Below, one piece after another: positions 25,225-38,620 of a stretch of 64,000 bases of DNA. Location: contig CM052816.1 of the NCBI GenBank assembly GCA_028534125.1, positions 37,698,001-37,762,000 of the forward strand, in the 5' to 3' direction. A model generated the notes under the pieces. That model worked only from the letters and a program-made list of their open reading frames with translations, ran no database searches and had not been told where the DNA came from. A program made the translations under genes and the position numbers. Source of the stretch: Lama glama (Eukaryota). Every line of letters starts with the position of its first letter. Position 1 is the stretch's first letter.

Positions 25225-25850
25225 CCTTTCTTCTATTCTTAGGCATAGTTCTTGTGAAATCGCTTAGATGTTCCATGATCTCTAAGATGGCCCTACAACA
25301 TGATCAGCAGATGATAAAACTAGTCCTTCAAGGCCAAGAAGAAAGTTAAGGCCAGACCACCCCTGGAAATCTCAATTTCATAGTGACTCCTATCCCATTT
25401 CTAATAATATTTAGACAGACTTTGCCCATCTTAAACAACATAGGGGCTGACCAATTGTGTACAGTTGCTTATTACTTACTCACTGATGTGGTTTGGCCAG
25501 AATTTAATTAGGCATCTCCCTTCCCTGTAGTCCTGTGAACTTTAGCTCACTCCCAAGTTTAAGCAGCTACAAAGAGGCAGTATATACTCATTCTGACAAT
25601 CAACTGTCCACAGCAAGAAACATTTCCTGTTAAATCAGCTCAGTCATCCTCTCTGCTCTTCCCCACCTGCTTGAGTGATTTCCCCTCAAAGTTCTTGCTG
25701 ACCCTGCTTACTACTCCCCAAAAAAGAAAAGCTGTTTTCTGTTTGATTTTGAGATGCTTGCAGAGTTCAAGGTCTAAGTGTTCTTCCTTTTGTGATAGTC
25801 TTTTCAAATAGTTGTCCTTTAGCTATGTTCAGATTTGTTTCTACTTAACA
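25225..25850 (+). mobile_element. ERV1 env 3' end, PPT and 3' LTR (LTR about 25456-25850)
   Basis: Purine tract ataggggctga, then TG start at 25456 and a CA end (...agatttgtttctacttaaca). Colinear with the env remnant to the left of the L1. Confidence 0.65.
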
Positions 25851-26339
25851 GCCTATTTAGAACAGTATGCAGAACAAAACCAAAACCTGTTATGATTGTA
25901 TTGTCTGTTTCATATCCACTGGTTATAAATCCTGCACATAAACATTTTTTAATGTAAAATCCCATGGGAATGATAACCACCTAATTAAGAATGATGGCTA
26001 CTTTGTGAAGTTAGTGGATTATGTCCATAGGAACTATGCAGAGAGCCTTAACAGTTTGGTAACATTTCATTCAATTCTTAATCTGGATTTGGGGCACATA
26101 AATGTAAATTTAATATTTTTTTCTCTGTATCTAAAATTCTTCCTTTTTTTTTTTTAAGGCTTAGATAGTGAAGAATGGAACAAATGAGCACTAATAGAAA
26201 TGATAAAGGAGAAAAGGCAGGGCTGATTTTGGCATTTAACAATTTTATATATGTGTTCCAATGGCAAGAGTTAAAAATAAAATGAAAACTGAGATGCTGA
26301 TTTCCAAACTATTTTCAATCAAAAGCTTGGGGTACTGTG

Positions 26340-26550
26340 AGTTATCTCTTGGCATAGTGTTTATAAGTATAGGATTTGGTGTCAGACAGTTCTAGAATTA
26401 AATTTGCTGTTGACACCTTCTATTTCTGTCACCTTGAGAAGCTGACACAACCTTGTGAGCCTATGATCCCTCATCTGTGAGATGTGGTATAAGCACTACC
26501 TCTTGGGGCTATTATGCGGTAAAACAGAGATAACTAGGTGCTTCAAATGT
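26340..26550 (+). mobile_element. MIR SINE
   Basis: tggcatagtgtttataagtataggatttggtgtcagacag...tgtcaccttgagaag...ccctcatctgtgagatg. Confidence 0.75.
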
Positions 26551-27199
26551 TAAAGGTTATTCTTTAAATAAAAGATTATGACAAAAAATCATAATAATCT
26601 ATCTCCCACATGAGTTCTGCAGCTGGATTCAAGACCGTAACAGAGCCTGAGATTCCAGATTTGAAGAAATTCAATCTCCTGAATTTGAAAGGAGGGAAAA
26701 AAGGATTTAAGAGATCTTCTTTGAAGTTAAGAGACTCACATTACAGTTCCGGCCCTGACACTAATAAGGGATGTTATCTTGGCTTCTGAAAAATACATTG
26801 TTGAGCATGTATCAGTACTGTGCCACAGCAAAGTGATACATGCTGAGGATAGGCGGTCATACATGATAAATGCACTCCCTTTTGGAGCTGACATGTACTC
26901 ATGTATAAAATGAGTGGCTTAAATTAAATGATGTCTTTGTTTTATGAAAGCACCAACATTTCCTAAATAACAAATGCTTTGCCAGAATGATCTTGATTTT
27001 TTTTTTTTGACTAACTCTGAACTACCATAAAGAAAGAATAGTCAACTCTGTGCACCTAAGGCCTAAGTTTGCACTCGGGCCTAAGGCAAGGATTTTTGTT
27101 CACGTATCTTGATTATGTTAAAGGAGGAAAATAAACAGCTGGGGCAAAGGTTGGGCTGGGGATGTGGAGGAAGCTGAAGAACACTGTGCAGTAGCATCT

Positions 27200-27800
27200 C
27201 GAGACTGCAGTGTTGACCTTAAAATACATTCCAAATGGATCTACTTCTTAGCATTTGTACTTCTATCGTCCTTGTCCCAATTTCTCTTCTTTTTTGCCTG
27301 TATTGCTATGAAGGCTTATTGATTTTACTGATTAATCTCTAAGCTACCTTTTTATCTCACCTCCCTATGGTACATTATAAAAAAGTACAGCCAGAATAAC
27401 GTATTTTTTAAATAGCTGTATCATGTGATTCCCTACTTAAAATCTTGGAATGGCTTCCCAGTACAGTTAAAATGAGAAACAACCCCATCCTGGCCTGCTC
27501 TGCCTTGTATGATGTGCCCTTTTCCCATGCATCTGACTTCTGGGCCTGTCTCTCTCCCCTCACTTCACTGGTACCTCAGCAGCACAATAGTGTTTCTGTT
27601 TCCATTCCTTGACCCCACTGATTTCATTTCTGCCTTTGGATCTAGGAACAGGCTCATTATGTCATTTAAAATTTAAAAAAAAATTATTATAAGCTCTTTT
27701 AGCAGAAATTTAGTTGTTTATCTCCTTTTAATGGTTTAGGTCTCAGCTTAAACTTTCCTTTCCTTATGCTGCAATGTAAAGTAGCTTCTTGGTTATGAAT
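27200..27800 (-). mobile_element. L2 fragment; its 3' end resumes at about 29720-29910
   Basis: tatcatgtgattccctacttaaaatcttggaatggcttccc; ggtctcagcttaaac. Confidence 0.6.
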
Positions 27801-27828
27801 TCAAAAACCTATTCATAGTACACTTTAG

Positions 27829-29153
27829 TTATTAAGTTGTATGAGATACTTATATATTCTGGAAATTAAGCCTTTGTCAATCACATCATTTGCAAATATT
27901 TTCTCCCATTCTAGAGGTTGTCACTTTGTTTTGCTTATGGTTTCCTTTGCTGTGCAAAAGCTTCTGAGTTTAATTAGGTGCCATTTGTTTATTTTTGTCC
28001 TTAATTCCATTGCCTGGGTAGACTGCTCTAGTCTCCTAGGCAATGGAAATATTGCTAAGATTTATGTCAGAGAATGTTTTACCTATGTTTTCTTCTAGGA
28101 GATTTATCATGTCTTGTCTTATATTTAAGTCTTTAAGCCATTTTGAGGTTTTTTTTGTGTATGCTGTGAGGGAGTGTTCTAACTTCATTGATTTACATGT
28201 GGCTGTCTAGTTTTGCCAACACCACTTGCTGAAGAGACTGTCTTTTCTCCACTGTATATTCTTGCCTCCTTTGTTGAAGATTAACTGACCATAGGTGTAT
28301 GGGTTTATTTCTAGGCTCTCTATTCTGTTCCATTGATCCATATGTCTGTTTTTATGCCAATACCATGCTATTTTGATTACTGTAGCTCTGTAGTATTGTC
28401 TGAAGTCTGGGAGGGTTATTCCTCCATCTCTGATGTTTTTCTTCAATATTGCTTTGGTAGTTCTGGGTCTTTTGTGATTCCATATAAATCTTAGGATCAT
28501 TTGTTCCAGTTCTGTAAAAAAATGTCCTGGGTAATTTGATAGAGATCACATTAAATCTGTAGATTGCACTGGGCAGCATGGCCATTTTAACGATATTGAT
28601 TCTTCCAATCCAAGAGCATGGGATATCTTTCCATTTCTTTAAGTCACCTTTAATTTCCTTAATCAATGTTTTGTAGTTCTCCATGTTTAAGTCTTCCACC
28701 TCCTTGGTCAGATACATTCCTAAGTATTTTATTGTTTTGGATGCAATTTTAAAAGGGATTGTTTCTTTACTTTCTTATTCATTGTTAGGGTAAAGAAATA
28801 CAACTTATTTTTGTGTGTTAATCTTGTATCCTGCTACCTTGCTGAAGTTTTTTATTAGCTCTAGTAATTTTTGGTGGGGCTTTTAGGGTTGTCTATATAT
28901 AGTATCATGTCATCTGCATATAGTGACAATTTTACCTCTTCTTTTCCAATTTGGATCCCTTTTATTTGTTTTCTTGCCTGATTGCTGTGGCTAGGGCTTC
29001 CAAGACTATGTTGAATAGAAGTGGTGAGAGTGGGCATCCTTGTCTTGTCCCAGATTTTAGTGGGAAGGCTTTGAGTTTTTCACTGTTGAGTACTATGTTG
29101 GCTGTGGGTTTGTCATAAGTAGCTTTTATTATGTTGAGATTTGTTCCCTCTAC
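27829..29153 (-). mobile_element. Young L1 ORF2 fragment truncated at both ends
   Basis: ORFs 28207-28500 and 28352-28717 are L1 ORF2 ([36 protein letters not shown]). Candidate TSD acact(t/a)tag at 27820-27828 and 29154-29162. Confidence 0.95.
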
Positions 29154-29167
29154 ACACTATAGGCAGG

Positions 29168-29713
29168 TGTACCAGTCAGAGTTCTCCAGAGAAACAGAAA
29201 CAGTAGAATATATGCAGACATAGACATAATGAGGTATAGACATAGATGTAAGTGCAGGCATATTTATTATAGGAATTGGCTCACAAAGTTATAGAGGCCA
29301 AGAAATCCTGCGATCTGCCACCTGCAAGCTAGAGAACCAGGAAAGCCAGCCTGTATAAGAAGGCCTGAGAACCAGGGAAGCTAGTAGCACAACTCCCAGA
29401 CCAAGACTAAAGGTCTGAGAACTACGGCCACTGGTATAAGTCTCAGAGACCAAAATCCCAAGAATCAGGAGCTCTAATGTTTGAGAGAAGGAGAAGATAG
29501 ATGTCCAGGCTTAGGAAAAGAAAGACAGTCTGCCCTTCCTCTATATTTTTGTTCTATCTGGGCCCTCAGTGGTTGGATGGTGCCCACCCACGTTGGTGAG
29601 GGCAGATCTTCTTGACTCACTCTACTGATTCAGATGTGAACCTCTTTTGAAACCACCAGCTCTCTGGGCATCCCTTCACCCAGTCAGGTTAACAAACAAA
29701 ACTAACCATCACA
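29168..29713 (-). mobile_element. MLT2 (ERVL) solo LTR
   Basis: tgtaccagtcagagttctccagagaaacagaa...ccagtcaggttaacaaacaaaactaaccatcaca, the reverse complement of the MLT2 start TGTGATGGTTA... Confidence 0.9.
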
Positions 29714-32700
29714 GTAGCCAGTGAAGTTTTCTTATTATTTATCTTGCTTATTTGTTTATCATTTGTTCCCTGCTCCACACACAGACAATGCATACTGAAA
29801 AAGTAAATTCTTTGACATCAGGGTCTCATTGGATTTATTTACTGCTGTATCCCAACTGTCTAGTACCATCTCTCATAAATAGCAAGTGCTCTCTAAATAC
29901 TTACAGATGAAACATATAAGAGATTGAGGGAAGATGGAGAGATGGGAATGTAACATCTCCGTATTCATATGTTCTCACATTTCCATGTCTTCAGGAAAGA
30001 GACTGAAGGTATATGTGTGTATATATATGTAATACAGTATTGTAACCTAGTGTCAATGGAATAGTATCCATTTTTTATAATTTGAAATACGCTCTTTAAT
30101 TTTATGGACAAAAGCAAAAAAGTCCATGCCTAACAGTAAAATGCTATAATCTGTAATATTAACAGATGAGGTCTGGTACAAATTAAAAACATAAATGACA
30201 CACAGATTTTTAAAGATCACTGTTAAAAAGTAAGGAAGAAAACATCTAATTGAACTTCTAAAAAGTTCAAATGAACTGCTTCAAAAATAATACAGTAGAG
30301 AGAATATTTTAAAGTATTTCCATCACTATAATTTAATACCATTAATCAATTAAAAAATCTTCCTTTACATACAAATAATAATAATATCCTTGTAAAATTT
30401 TCCAATGCATTCAAATGTATATTTATGAATTCAGGACCATAAGGCATGCCTGAAGTGCTTTTTGACAAAATAATTTTTAAAAACCCACCTCAATCATCTG
30501 TTGTGCAAGTGAAGTTTTACCATATGAAAAATGCACACACATACACACATGAAGTGAATTTGTAAAATTTTATTTTTTATAATATAAAATTTAATACTTC
30601 CTCATTTATATGGAAACTTTTCATAGTTTTTTTAGATATTGGAGATAATTTATTATGAAACAAGGATTATTTCTTCATGAATGAGTATTAGGAAACACAG
30701 TAAGTATAAATAGTATTTCTCCACATGTGTACTCATAAATCTTAATTATATATATTTAACCATTTGTCATTATATTTGAGGAGAAAAATGAACTATAAAA
30801 CTGAAATCAAACTACAGGATAAATTAAGAAACTTATAAAGCCATATTGTCATTAACAAAGTTTACCTTCTTCCCAACCCAAAGCAAACTGAATTTTACTA
30901 CTAAATTTAGTAGTATAATATGATGCTGTTTTCAGTTTATTTATGTTTTATGGTAGATATTTCCAATAAACCATATGGGTATGCCATATTTGTTTCTTAG
31001 GCAATGTCTGTTGTGCAAAAATGGTTTAGTCTTTTGAATTTACTCATTATTCTAATCAAACAGTATGTCAATTCAGTAAACAGATAAATCATCCAGGATT
31101 GACTTACAGAAGTATTGGAAAGGGACTCAAAATCACTGTGTAGTACTTTATGAGGAGCTGTGTTCAAATACTTATAGAAATGTGAATGGTAGCTATTTGG
31201 CTGAGTTAACAGATGATTTCAGTAAAAATTAGTGAACTACATGTTTTTAAAACTTAGTACTGAACTTCTGTTTTGAATGGTCAAAATGGAAATCTTTAAA
31301 TTGGTCAAAGAATTTTCACATAATAAAACAGATTTATTGGGTATATAACATCTGGCTCATTTTATTCAAGGAGTTCTATTTAAGAAATAAACATGTTTTC
31401 ATGATTTAGAGTGTAGAAAACTAGGAAAAAAGAAAAATATATCTAATGACTGCATTTTATTAAAAACAATATGTCCCCAGTATCTGTTATAAAACAAATC
31501 TATTTACAATACAAATCTGTTTTCTGGTATTTGGAAGTCTAATAAAAAATTCAAGATTATTTTTTCCCTCAAAGCAGAATTCAGTTCTATTTGTTTCTAG
31601 AAAAAAAAAATTAAAGTCCTTTCCTTAGAGTTTTTATTTTATTTAGAGGTACTTTTTCTCCCATCTCTCCTTTTTTTCTTCTAAGTTTTTCTTTTCTTAT
31701 GGATACAACTGAATACAGACTCATTATTTTTGGTACAATTAAAACTACAGTGGTCCGAAGATTTTTATAGAATAGGACTATAGATGTTTGACAATTGGCT
31801 CATGACTCATTCCTTTCATTGGCCAATTCCTCAGTGTTTTAAACAGACATCTATTAGTTGAAATCCCCTGATACTGCACAAAAACATAATACTGAATGAG
31901 CATAAATTGCAAACTTCACTTGACTTTACAGTTTAATAGATATAAAAGAAGTATAACTGTAGCCACAGAGCTAGATAATTACCTTGCTCAATTGTTTTGT
32001 CTGCCAGAAAGCAATCGTTTTGATGACTGATAATGAGACATGTTCTGGTACATAAAAAGTATGTACTCATGCTCACATGTAGGTTGATTGGTAAAGACAG
32101 AATAGCCAAGAGAACTGTGAATGCATAGACTATAAGCTGGAGAAGAAGGCCAATTAATGAATGCAACTGGTTAGGTGTTGGAGGAGTCATTTCAACTCTT
32201 TTTAATCAATTTACATGCTATTAATATTCTGTTATTTTCATGTACTATATGCCCTATTGTATCTTAGGAAGGATCTCAATGTTTCCACATTCATGATATT
32301 ACAAATACTTCAACTTGGAGATGAAAATTTGGGACAGATGGCCATTCAATCAGTATGCAAAATAAGAAAATTTCAATGTAATAAGAGCAAGAGTACTTGC
32401 CAATAACTCATACTCTAGCTTTCCCTGAGTTGACTGAATACAAAGAATAATAAAATGTTAACTGCATTATAATACCAATTACACTAATTAAAACAAAATA
32501 GCAACATTAACAAAAAATAACAAAAGCAACAAGGGAACTTACCCTGAATCTAATATTAAGAGTGCTGATAAATGTGATTTTAAAAAGGTTGTAAAATGTG
32601 AAGATACTTAGAGTGATGATGTGTGAAATGGGAGCTTGGGGGCGATGCTATTCTTATTTCCTTTTAGAAACCTGAATGACTTCATATCTTCAGGGCTGGA

Positions 32701-32926
32701 AAAACTCCATAATTCAGGCCAAGGAGATTTCAGTAATGCCAAGTCAGTAGACAGTGTTTCCAAGGGCAATCCATTGTTTCTTACATCCAGAGGGCATAAA
32801 ATATGGATTAACTTACATGCCACTAAATAATATCAGATGGTCCTCCTGAGTAGAATATTGAAACCATTTTCCATATGTGTAAATTATTCTTTTCATGAAC
32901 AATATTTTCTAAATATTGACATTAAC

Positions 32927-33202
32927 GTTTTTATTGAAGTACAGTCAATTACAATGTGTCAATTTCTGGTGTACGACTCATTGTCCCACTCATGCATACA
33001 CATAACAAATACTCGTTTTCTTATTTTTTTCATTAAAGGTTATTATAAGATATTGAACGTAGTTCACTGTGCTATACAGAAGAAACTTCTAAAAAAATTT
33101 ATTTTTATATATAGTGGCTAATATTTGTAAATCTGAAAGTCCCAAATTTATCCCGTCCCACCCTCTTTCCAGTAACCAAGAATGTTTACTATGTCTGCAA
33201 GT
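32927..33202 (-). mobile_element. 5'-truncated young L1 3' end
   Basis: tttttattgaagtacagtcaattacaatgtgtcaatttctggtgtac...; TSD acattaac at 32919-32926 and 33203-33210. Confidence 0.85.
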
Positions 33203-33902
33203 ACATTAACTTTTTAATTCCTCCTGAGGTGGCATCAACATAAAAACAGTATGAAACACAGGAAAAGTATAATGGGCCAAAAGAGTTAAAAATAATGCTT
33301 AGACACTTATTCCAACCATAGATATCAAACCAATGAACAGAATTAAAGATAAGTGCCTAGAATATACCTCAAAACATGTTAAATATATTTACTTTATTAT
33401 AAAGTTAGTGGGAAGTATATTCATAATTTTGTTTTAACTCTACCAAAGTGTTAATAAGTTTAAAGTAGTGTAGTATATAAATTAATTAAATAATGAAATA
33501 TAAATTAAAGAAGAAAAGAAAAACTATCTGTATATACTATAAAATTGACTATGGTTTTATTCTCATATTAGTGGGAAGAAATGATTATTTGCAAGTAGAA
33601 CAGTAAGTTAATTAAATCTCCAAGCCATCTAAGGGCCTTTGAGTAAGAACCATGGAAATGACCATGATATAACATATTTACTGCTCTATAATGTTTGTGG
33701 ATGATCCTATATCTGTTCTTTACAGTGTCTTGATGTGAGTGGGTCTTCAAAATATTTTTAAATGATTATTAAACATTGTTTTATCATATACTCACTGCCA
33801 TACCTCAAAATCTAAACAGGATGCTTTCATTATTTCCCATTACCCTCACTAAGGAATACTGCAAGAGATATTTAAGTGTTTAGATAAAGAAATTACAGCA
33901 AA

Positions 33903-34442
33903 TGTAGTAGACATTCATTTCCTTCTTTCCTCTTTTTAGCGATACCTCAATTTTCATTCGGTTGTCCAGCCTTATCCACAAGCTCTGTATCTTCAGGATA
34001 AGTTGATTCCCTCAGGTATCTAAGAATGGGCCGGATTTATTTTGGAAGTCACCCTTCCACTTTATTACTTGATGCAGGAACATAAGCCAAGCCAATGACT
34101 GCTTGGTATACTTCTAGCTGCAATTAGACATCAAAGACAGTGACAGAGCAATTAATCTCACAATTAGTCCTCATATAAAAAGAAGTTTGATAGTGTATCT
34201 GGAGGGAAAAAAAAATTCCTTGCTTTTCAAATAAAGCTACTTGAAAAGACAGCATAGGTAAGGAGCCCACCACCACACAGCAAATGGAACATTACAAATA
34301 ACTGCAGAGGATGGGAAGAACCCACTTATTAAACATGCCTCGAGCCAGCTCTATTTCTAGATTAGTAAGGGGAACCTAAGGAGGTTTTTGTTTCTTAAGT
34401 CAGGTCTTCCGTTGCTTGAAACCAATAGTATTCTAAGTGATT
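33903..34442 (+). mobile_element. Old ERVL-class LTR (LTR16/LTR33-like)
   Basis: Starts tgtagtagacatt and ends ...ttcttaagtcaggtcttccgttgcttgaaaccaatagtattctaagtga. Degenerate. Confidence 0.45.
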
Positions 34443-34779
34443 TTTCAGTGTTTGTGAATAGAACCCTTTTTATACTTTTTATAAATGACTAATAATGCCT
34501 AATCGACTTTCTTACAATGTTTCCCCCTCATAGTAGAGATAATTTGTATAAAATAACCTGCTTATCAGTTAGAAGACTTGACAGAATGTTGTAGCTGAAA
34601 CTATTTGCTATAGTACTAGAAGGTCACTTGATGTATGTGTGGAAATAGGGCTATAAGAACAGGTTTGTGGTTATTGCAAGTATTAAAAGTTAATTCCTTG
34701 AATTGTTAAATGTTAAAGCTTAAAACAAGGTACTGGTGGTATCATATGCTACTACATCAAACATAGTTTTTTAATGGAA

Positions 34780-35220
34780 ATCCACTAATTGTCACTAGAC
34801 TAATATTTGCCAACCTTCATGTTTCCATCGGAGCACTCTGGGAAAGTTGTAAGAGCACCAAATCACTCAAGACAATTATACTGCAAAAACACAATTCCAA
34901 AACATCAGCGACAACAACAAAGTTCAATATCTTGCTAATGCTACATGTCCGTCATGGGTGGCTGTGGCTCTGCTCGGTATTTTCTTGATATTGATCACAA
35001 GGTGGTTTAGCAGCCTATCACAGAAATCGTAGTGTTTTAGCAGAAGTAAAAGAAATCTGGATAGCCAAGCGTGACACTTAAAAGATTGTTAAGAAGTGAC
35101 AGTTCACTTTTGCCCACATTTCATTTTCAAAAAGAGTCACATGACCACTCCAGAGATAAGCAGGATGAGAATGTCAAATCCTATCAAATCAGATCTTTCT
35201 ATAAAAAGGGGGAAGGGGAC
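34780..35220 (-). mobile_element. Old MLT1-type LTR fragment
   Basis: atgggtggctgtggctctgctc...cacttttgcccacatttcatt...agtcacatgaccactcc. Confidence 0.5.
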
Positions 35221-36009
35221 ATAAATCACATGGCCAGGCCTAAAGCCAAAGGATCACAGGTGTATGATCCTCCTATAGGAACAATCAAATACATATAATC
35301 AAACACACAGTCCACCACAACCACACCCCCATCCCTTTTCTTATCCTGCTTGTAACCCTTAGCCTTGCCACCTCTATCAGCCTTAGGGAGGTGGAATAAA
35401 TCTGATGCCCATTGCCTCCTTTTGAACCACAATGTGGGGTCCAGATACCGTAGATCACCCACCATCCTGTGGATTCTGACTTTTTCACATAGCTCTATGA
35501 GTTCTGCATGTTCCCTTTTCTGACACCGTTTTTCAGCTCCAGAAACCATTCCTCTGATTCCTTTAGAACTCACATTCTTTTCAAACACATTTCCTGGTAT
35601 CTTGAAACAATTTTCGAAGTGATTCTATGTCTTGTCCCACTTGGAACCTGGCTTTCTCTTGAGGATACTGCTTTCCCTGCTGCCCTTTGAAGCTAGTTAG
35701 TGTTTTCCCTCCCATATCCATTTTATCATTGATGTTTCAGATAGGGCACCTTTCCTCCTTGTTCTAGATTTCTGCATCCAGACCATTTTACTCACTCTTG
35801 TAAACACCTTCCTACACCCAGTGTTGAAGTGCATACCATTGCCTTCTGTGTTTCAGTCATTTCCTACTCCCAGGTGATCTACCTGATAGTTTGAAGACTT
35901 TAGTTCTTTCTTTACTGTCAGTAAATTACTCCAGTTATATTTTGTTTAAATATTCATTCACATGATATTTCCCATACTCTATTATCTCAGTTACTCAATC
36001 AGACATTAA

Positions 36010-36526
36010 TTCACATGCTATTGTGAAGGGATTTTGCAGCTATAATTAAAGTCTCAAATCAGCTGAAATTAAATAAGAGAATTATCCTAGGTGGGCCTGA
36101 CTTAATTAGGTGAGCCCTTAGAATGGTCTGGGCTCTTCCTAATGAAAAAAATTTGAAATGTGAAAAGGATTTGATATGAGGAATATTCTTCATTGCTGGC
36201 TTTAAAGATGAAAGGGGCACATGGTAAGCAATGAAATATAGTCTCTATGAGCTGAGAGCAGCCCCCAAATGACAGCCAAAAAGAATATAGGGACCCCAGT
36301 CCTACAACCACACAGGAATACATTTTGCCAACATGGATGAGTATGTAAGCAGATTCTTCCCTAAAGCTTGTCCAGAACCTAGATATCTGTCCTGTGATAC
36401 CCTGAGCAGAGAACCTAGTCATGCCATGTTTGACTTTCTGACCTACAGAATTGTGAAGGAATAAGTCAGTCTTGTAAGTTACAAAGTTTATGGTCATTTG
36501 TTACATAACAGTGGAATACTAATATA
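36010..36526 (+). mobile_element. MaLR LTR (MLT1D/E-like)
   Basis: aagggattttgcagctataattaaagtc...gaattatcctaggtgggcctgacttaattagg...ttctgacctacagaattgtga...ttgttacataacagtggaatactaatata. Confidence 0.85.
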
Positions 36527-36947
36527 CTAGTAATTCAGTGTCTTTGCGTATAACTCAGACTCAAACCTAGGCTTTCCCAAGAGCCTACATGTTCCCCTGT
36601 GACCTGCTCCCTCAACCCTAAATCATTTGTACTTAATCACCTCACTGCTTTCCTCCTTTACCCTGTGCTTTCCAGCCCATGCTGACTTCTTGACAGTCCT
36701 TGAAATTCTATGAACATCAAGCAAGTTTTGAAACCCGACATTTTTATTTGTTCTTCTTACTTCCTGAAGTATTCTTTCTGAAATAACTTCATGGTTTACT
36801 CCTTCATCAGCATTAGATCTTTTCTCAAATATTACCTCTCAGTGAGACCTTTAGTAGTCTTTAATGTGAAGTTACAACTCCTTTCCCACCTGCAACACTC
36901 TGTATTCCCCTTCACTGCTGTATTTTTTATATAATAGTTATAACCTA

Positions 36948-38620
36948 CAGTTGACCCTTGAATAACATGGATTTGAACTGTGACAATCACTTATACATGT
37001 TTCCTTTTGTTTTGTTTTTCATTGAAGTATACTTTTTTACAATGTTGTGTTAGTTTCAGGTCTATAGTAAAGTAATTCAGATTTTCAGATTCTTTTCCAT
37101 TATACATTATTATAAGATACTGAATATAGTTCCCTGTGCCATATGGTAGGTTCTTGTTGTTTATCTTTTTTATATACAGTAGTGTATACGTTACTCCCAA
37201 GCTCCTAATTTATCCCTCCCCCCATCTCTTTCCCCTTTGGTAACCCTAAGTTTGTTTTCTATGTCTGTGAGTCTATCTCAATTTTGTAAATAAATTCATT
37301 TGTATCATTTTAGATTCCACATATAAGTGACATCATATGATATTTGTCTTACTCTGCCTGACTTACTTCACTTAGTATGATAATCTCTAGGCCTATCCAT
37401 GTGGCTATAAATGGTATTATTTCATTTTTTATGGCCTCAATGCATAAGGCAAATATTAACAAACATGAAAGGAGAAATCGACAGTAGCACAATAATAGTA
37501 GGGGCCGCTAATACCCCCCTTACATTAATGGACAGGTCATCCAGGCAGAAAATCAATAAAACACAGGCCTTAAATAACACAATAGACCAGATGGACCTAA
37601 CTGATATTTTTAGAGCATTCCATCTGAAAGCAGTAGAGTGCACACTGTTTTCAAGTACATGTGGGACATTCTCCAGGACAGATCACATGCTAGGCCACAA
37701 AGCAAGCCTTGCTCAAGTTAAGGAAATGAAAATCATATCAGGCATCTCTTCTGACTACAACACTATGAAACTAGAAATCAACAACAAGGAAAAAAAAACT
37801 GCAAAAAAGACAAACACATGGAGGCTAAGCAATATGCTACTGAACAGTCAATGAATTACTGAAGAAATCAAAAAGGAAATAAAAAAAAATACCTAGAGAC
37901 AAATTAAACTGAAAGCACTGCAATCCCTAACCTATGGGACACAGCAAAAGCAGTTCTAAGTGGGAAGTTTACAGTGATATACGCTCACCTCAGGAAACAA
38001 GAAAAACCTCATATAAACAACCTAGTCTTACACCTACAGCAACTAGAGAAAGAAGAATGAACAAAATCCATAGTTAGTAGAAGAAAAGAGATAATAAAGA
38101 TCAGAGCAGAGATAAATGAAAGAGAGACTAACCCCCCCCAAAACAGAAAAGATTAATAAAAGCTGGTTCTTTGAAAAGATAAACAAAATTGATAAACCTT
38201 TATCCACACTCATCAAGAAAAAAAGGGAGAGGGCCTAAATTAATAAAATCAGAAATGAAAAAGAAGATACTAATGGGACCACAGAAATACAAAGAACCAT
38301 AAGAGACTACTATGAACCACTATTTGCCAATAAAATGGACAACCTCGAAGAAAGGTACAAGTTCTTAGAAAGGTACAGTCTCCCAAAACTGAACCAGGAA
38401 GAAATAGAAAATATATATTTACTATTTTTTAAAATAAATAACTACTACAGTACTACATGACCTGAGTTTGTTTAAATTGAAGGAAAAGGAAGATCTGAAT
38501 TTGTTTGAATTGAAGGAAAAGGAACTGCAGATGTGGAGGCCAGACTGAAAGTTATATAAGGACTTTTGACTGCATGGGGGATCAGCATTCCTAACTCTTG
38601 TGTTGTTCAGGGTTCAACTG
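36948..38620. mobile_element. Tigger2-family (TcMar) non-autonomous transposon split by an L1
   Basis: TIRs cagttgacccttgaataaca (36948) and tgttgttcagggttcaactg (38620), with TA TSDs at 36946-47 and 38621-22. Confidence 0.85.
37002..38415 (-). mobile_element. L1 insertion with 5' inversion: minus-strand 3' end at 37002-37435 plus plus-strand ORF2 segment at 37436-38415
   Basis: 3'UTR and poly-T on the left. ORF 37411-37854 is L1 endonuclease (TIIVGAANTPLTLMDRSSRQKINK...FSRTDHMLGHK) in the opposite orientation. Confidence 0.9.

Noticed and set aside
31933..32190. 85-aa hydrophobic ORF (LIGLLLQLIVYAFTVLLAIL) as a small membrane protein
   Set aside because: It runs through a splice donor at 31982. 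Only a different frame, ending FWQTKQLSK in phase 0, continues open into the next exon, so this is probably the wrong frame of a gene B exon.
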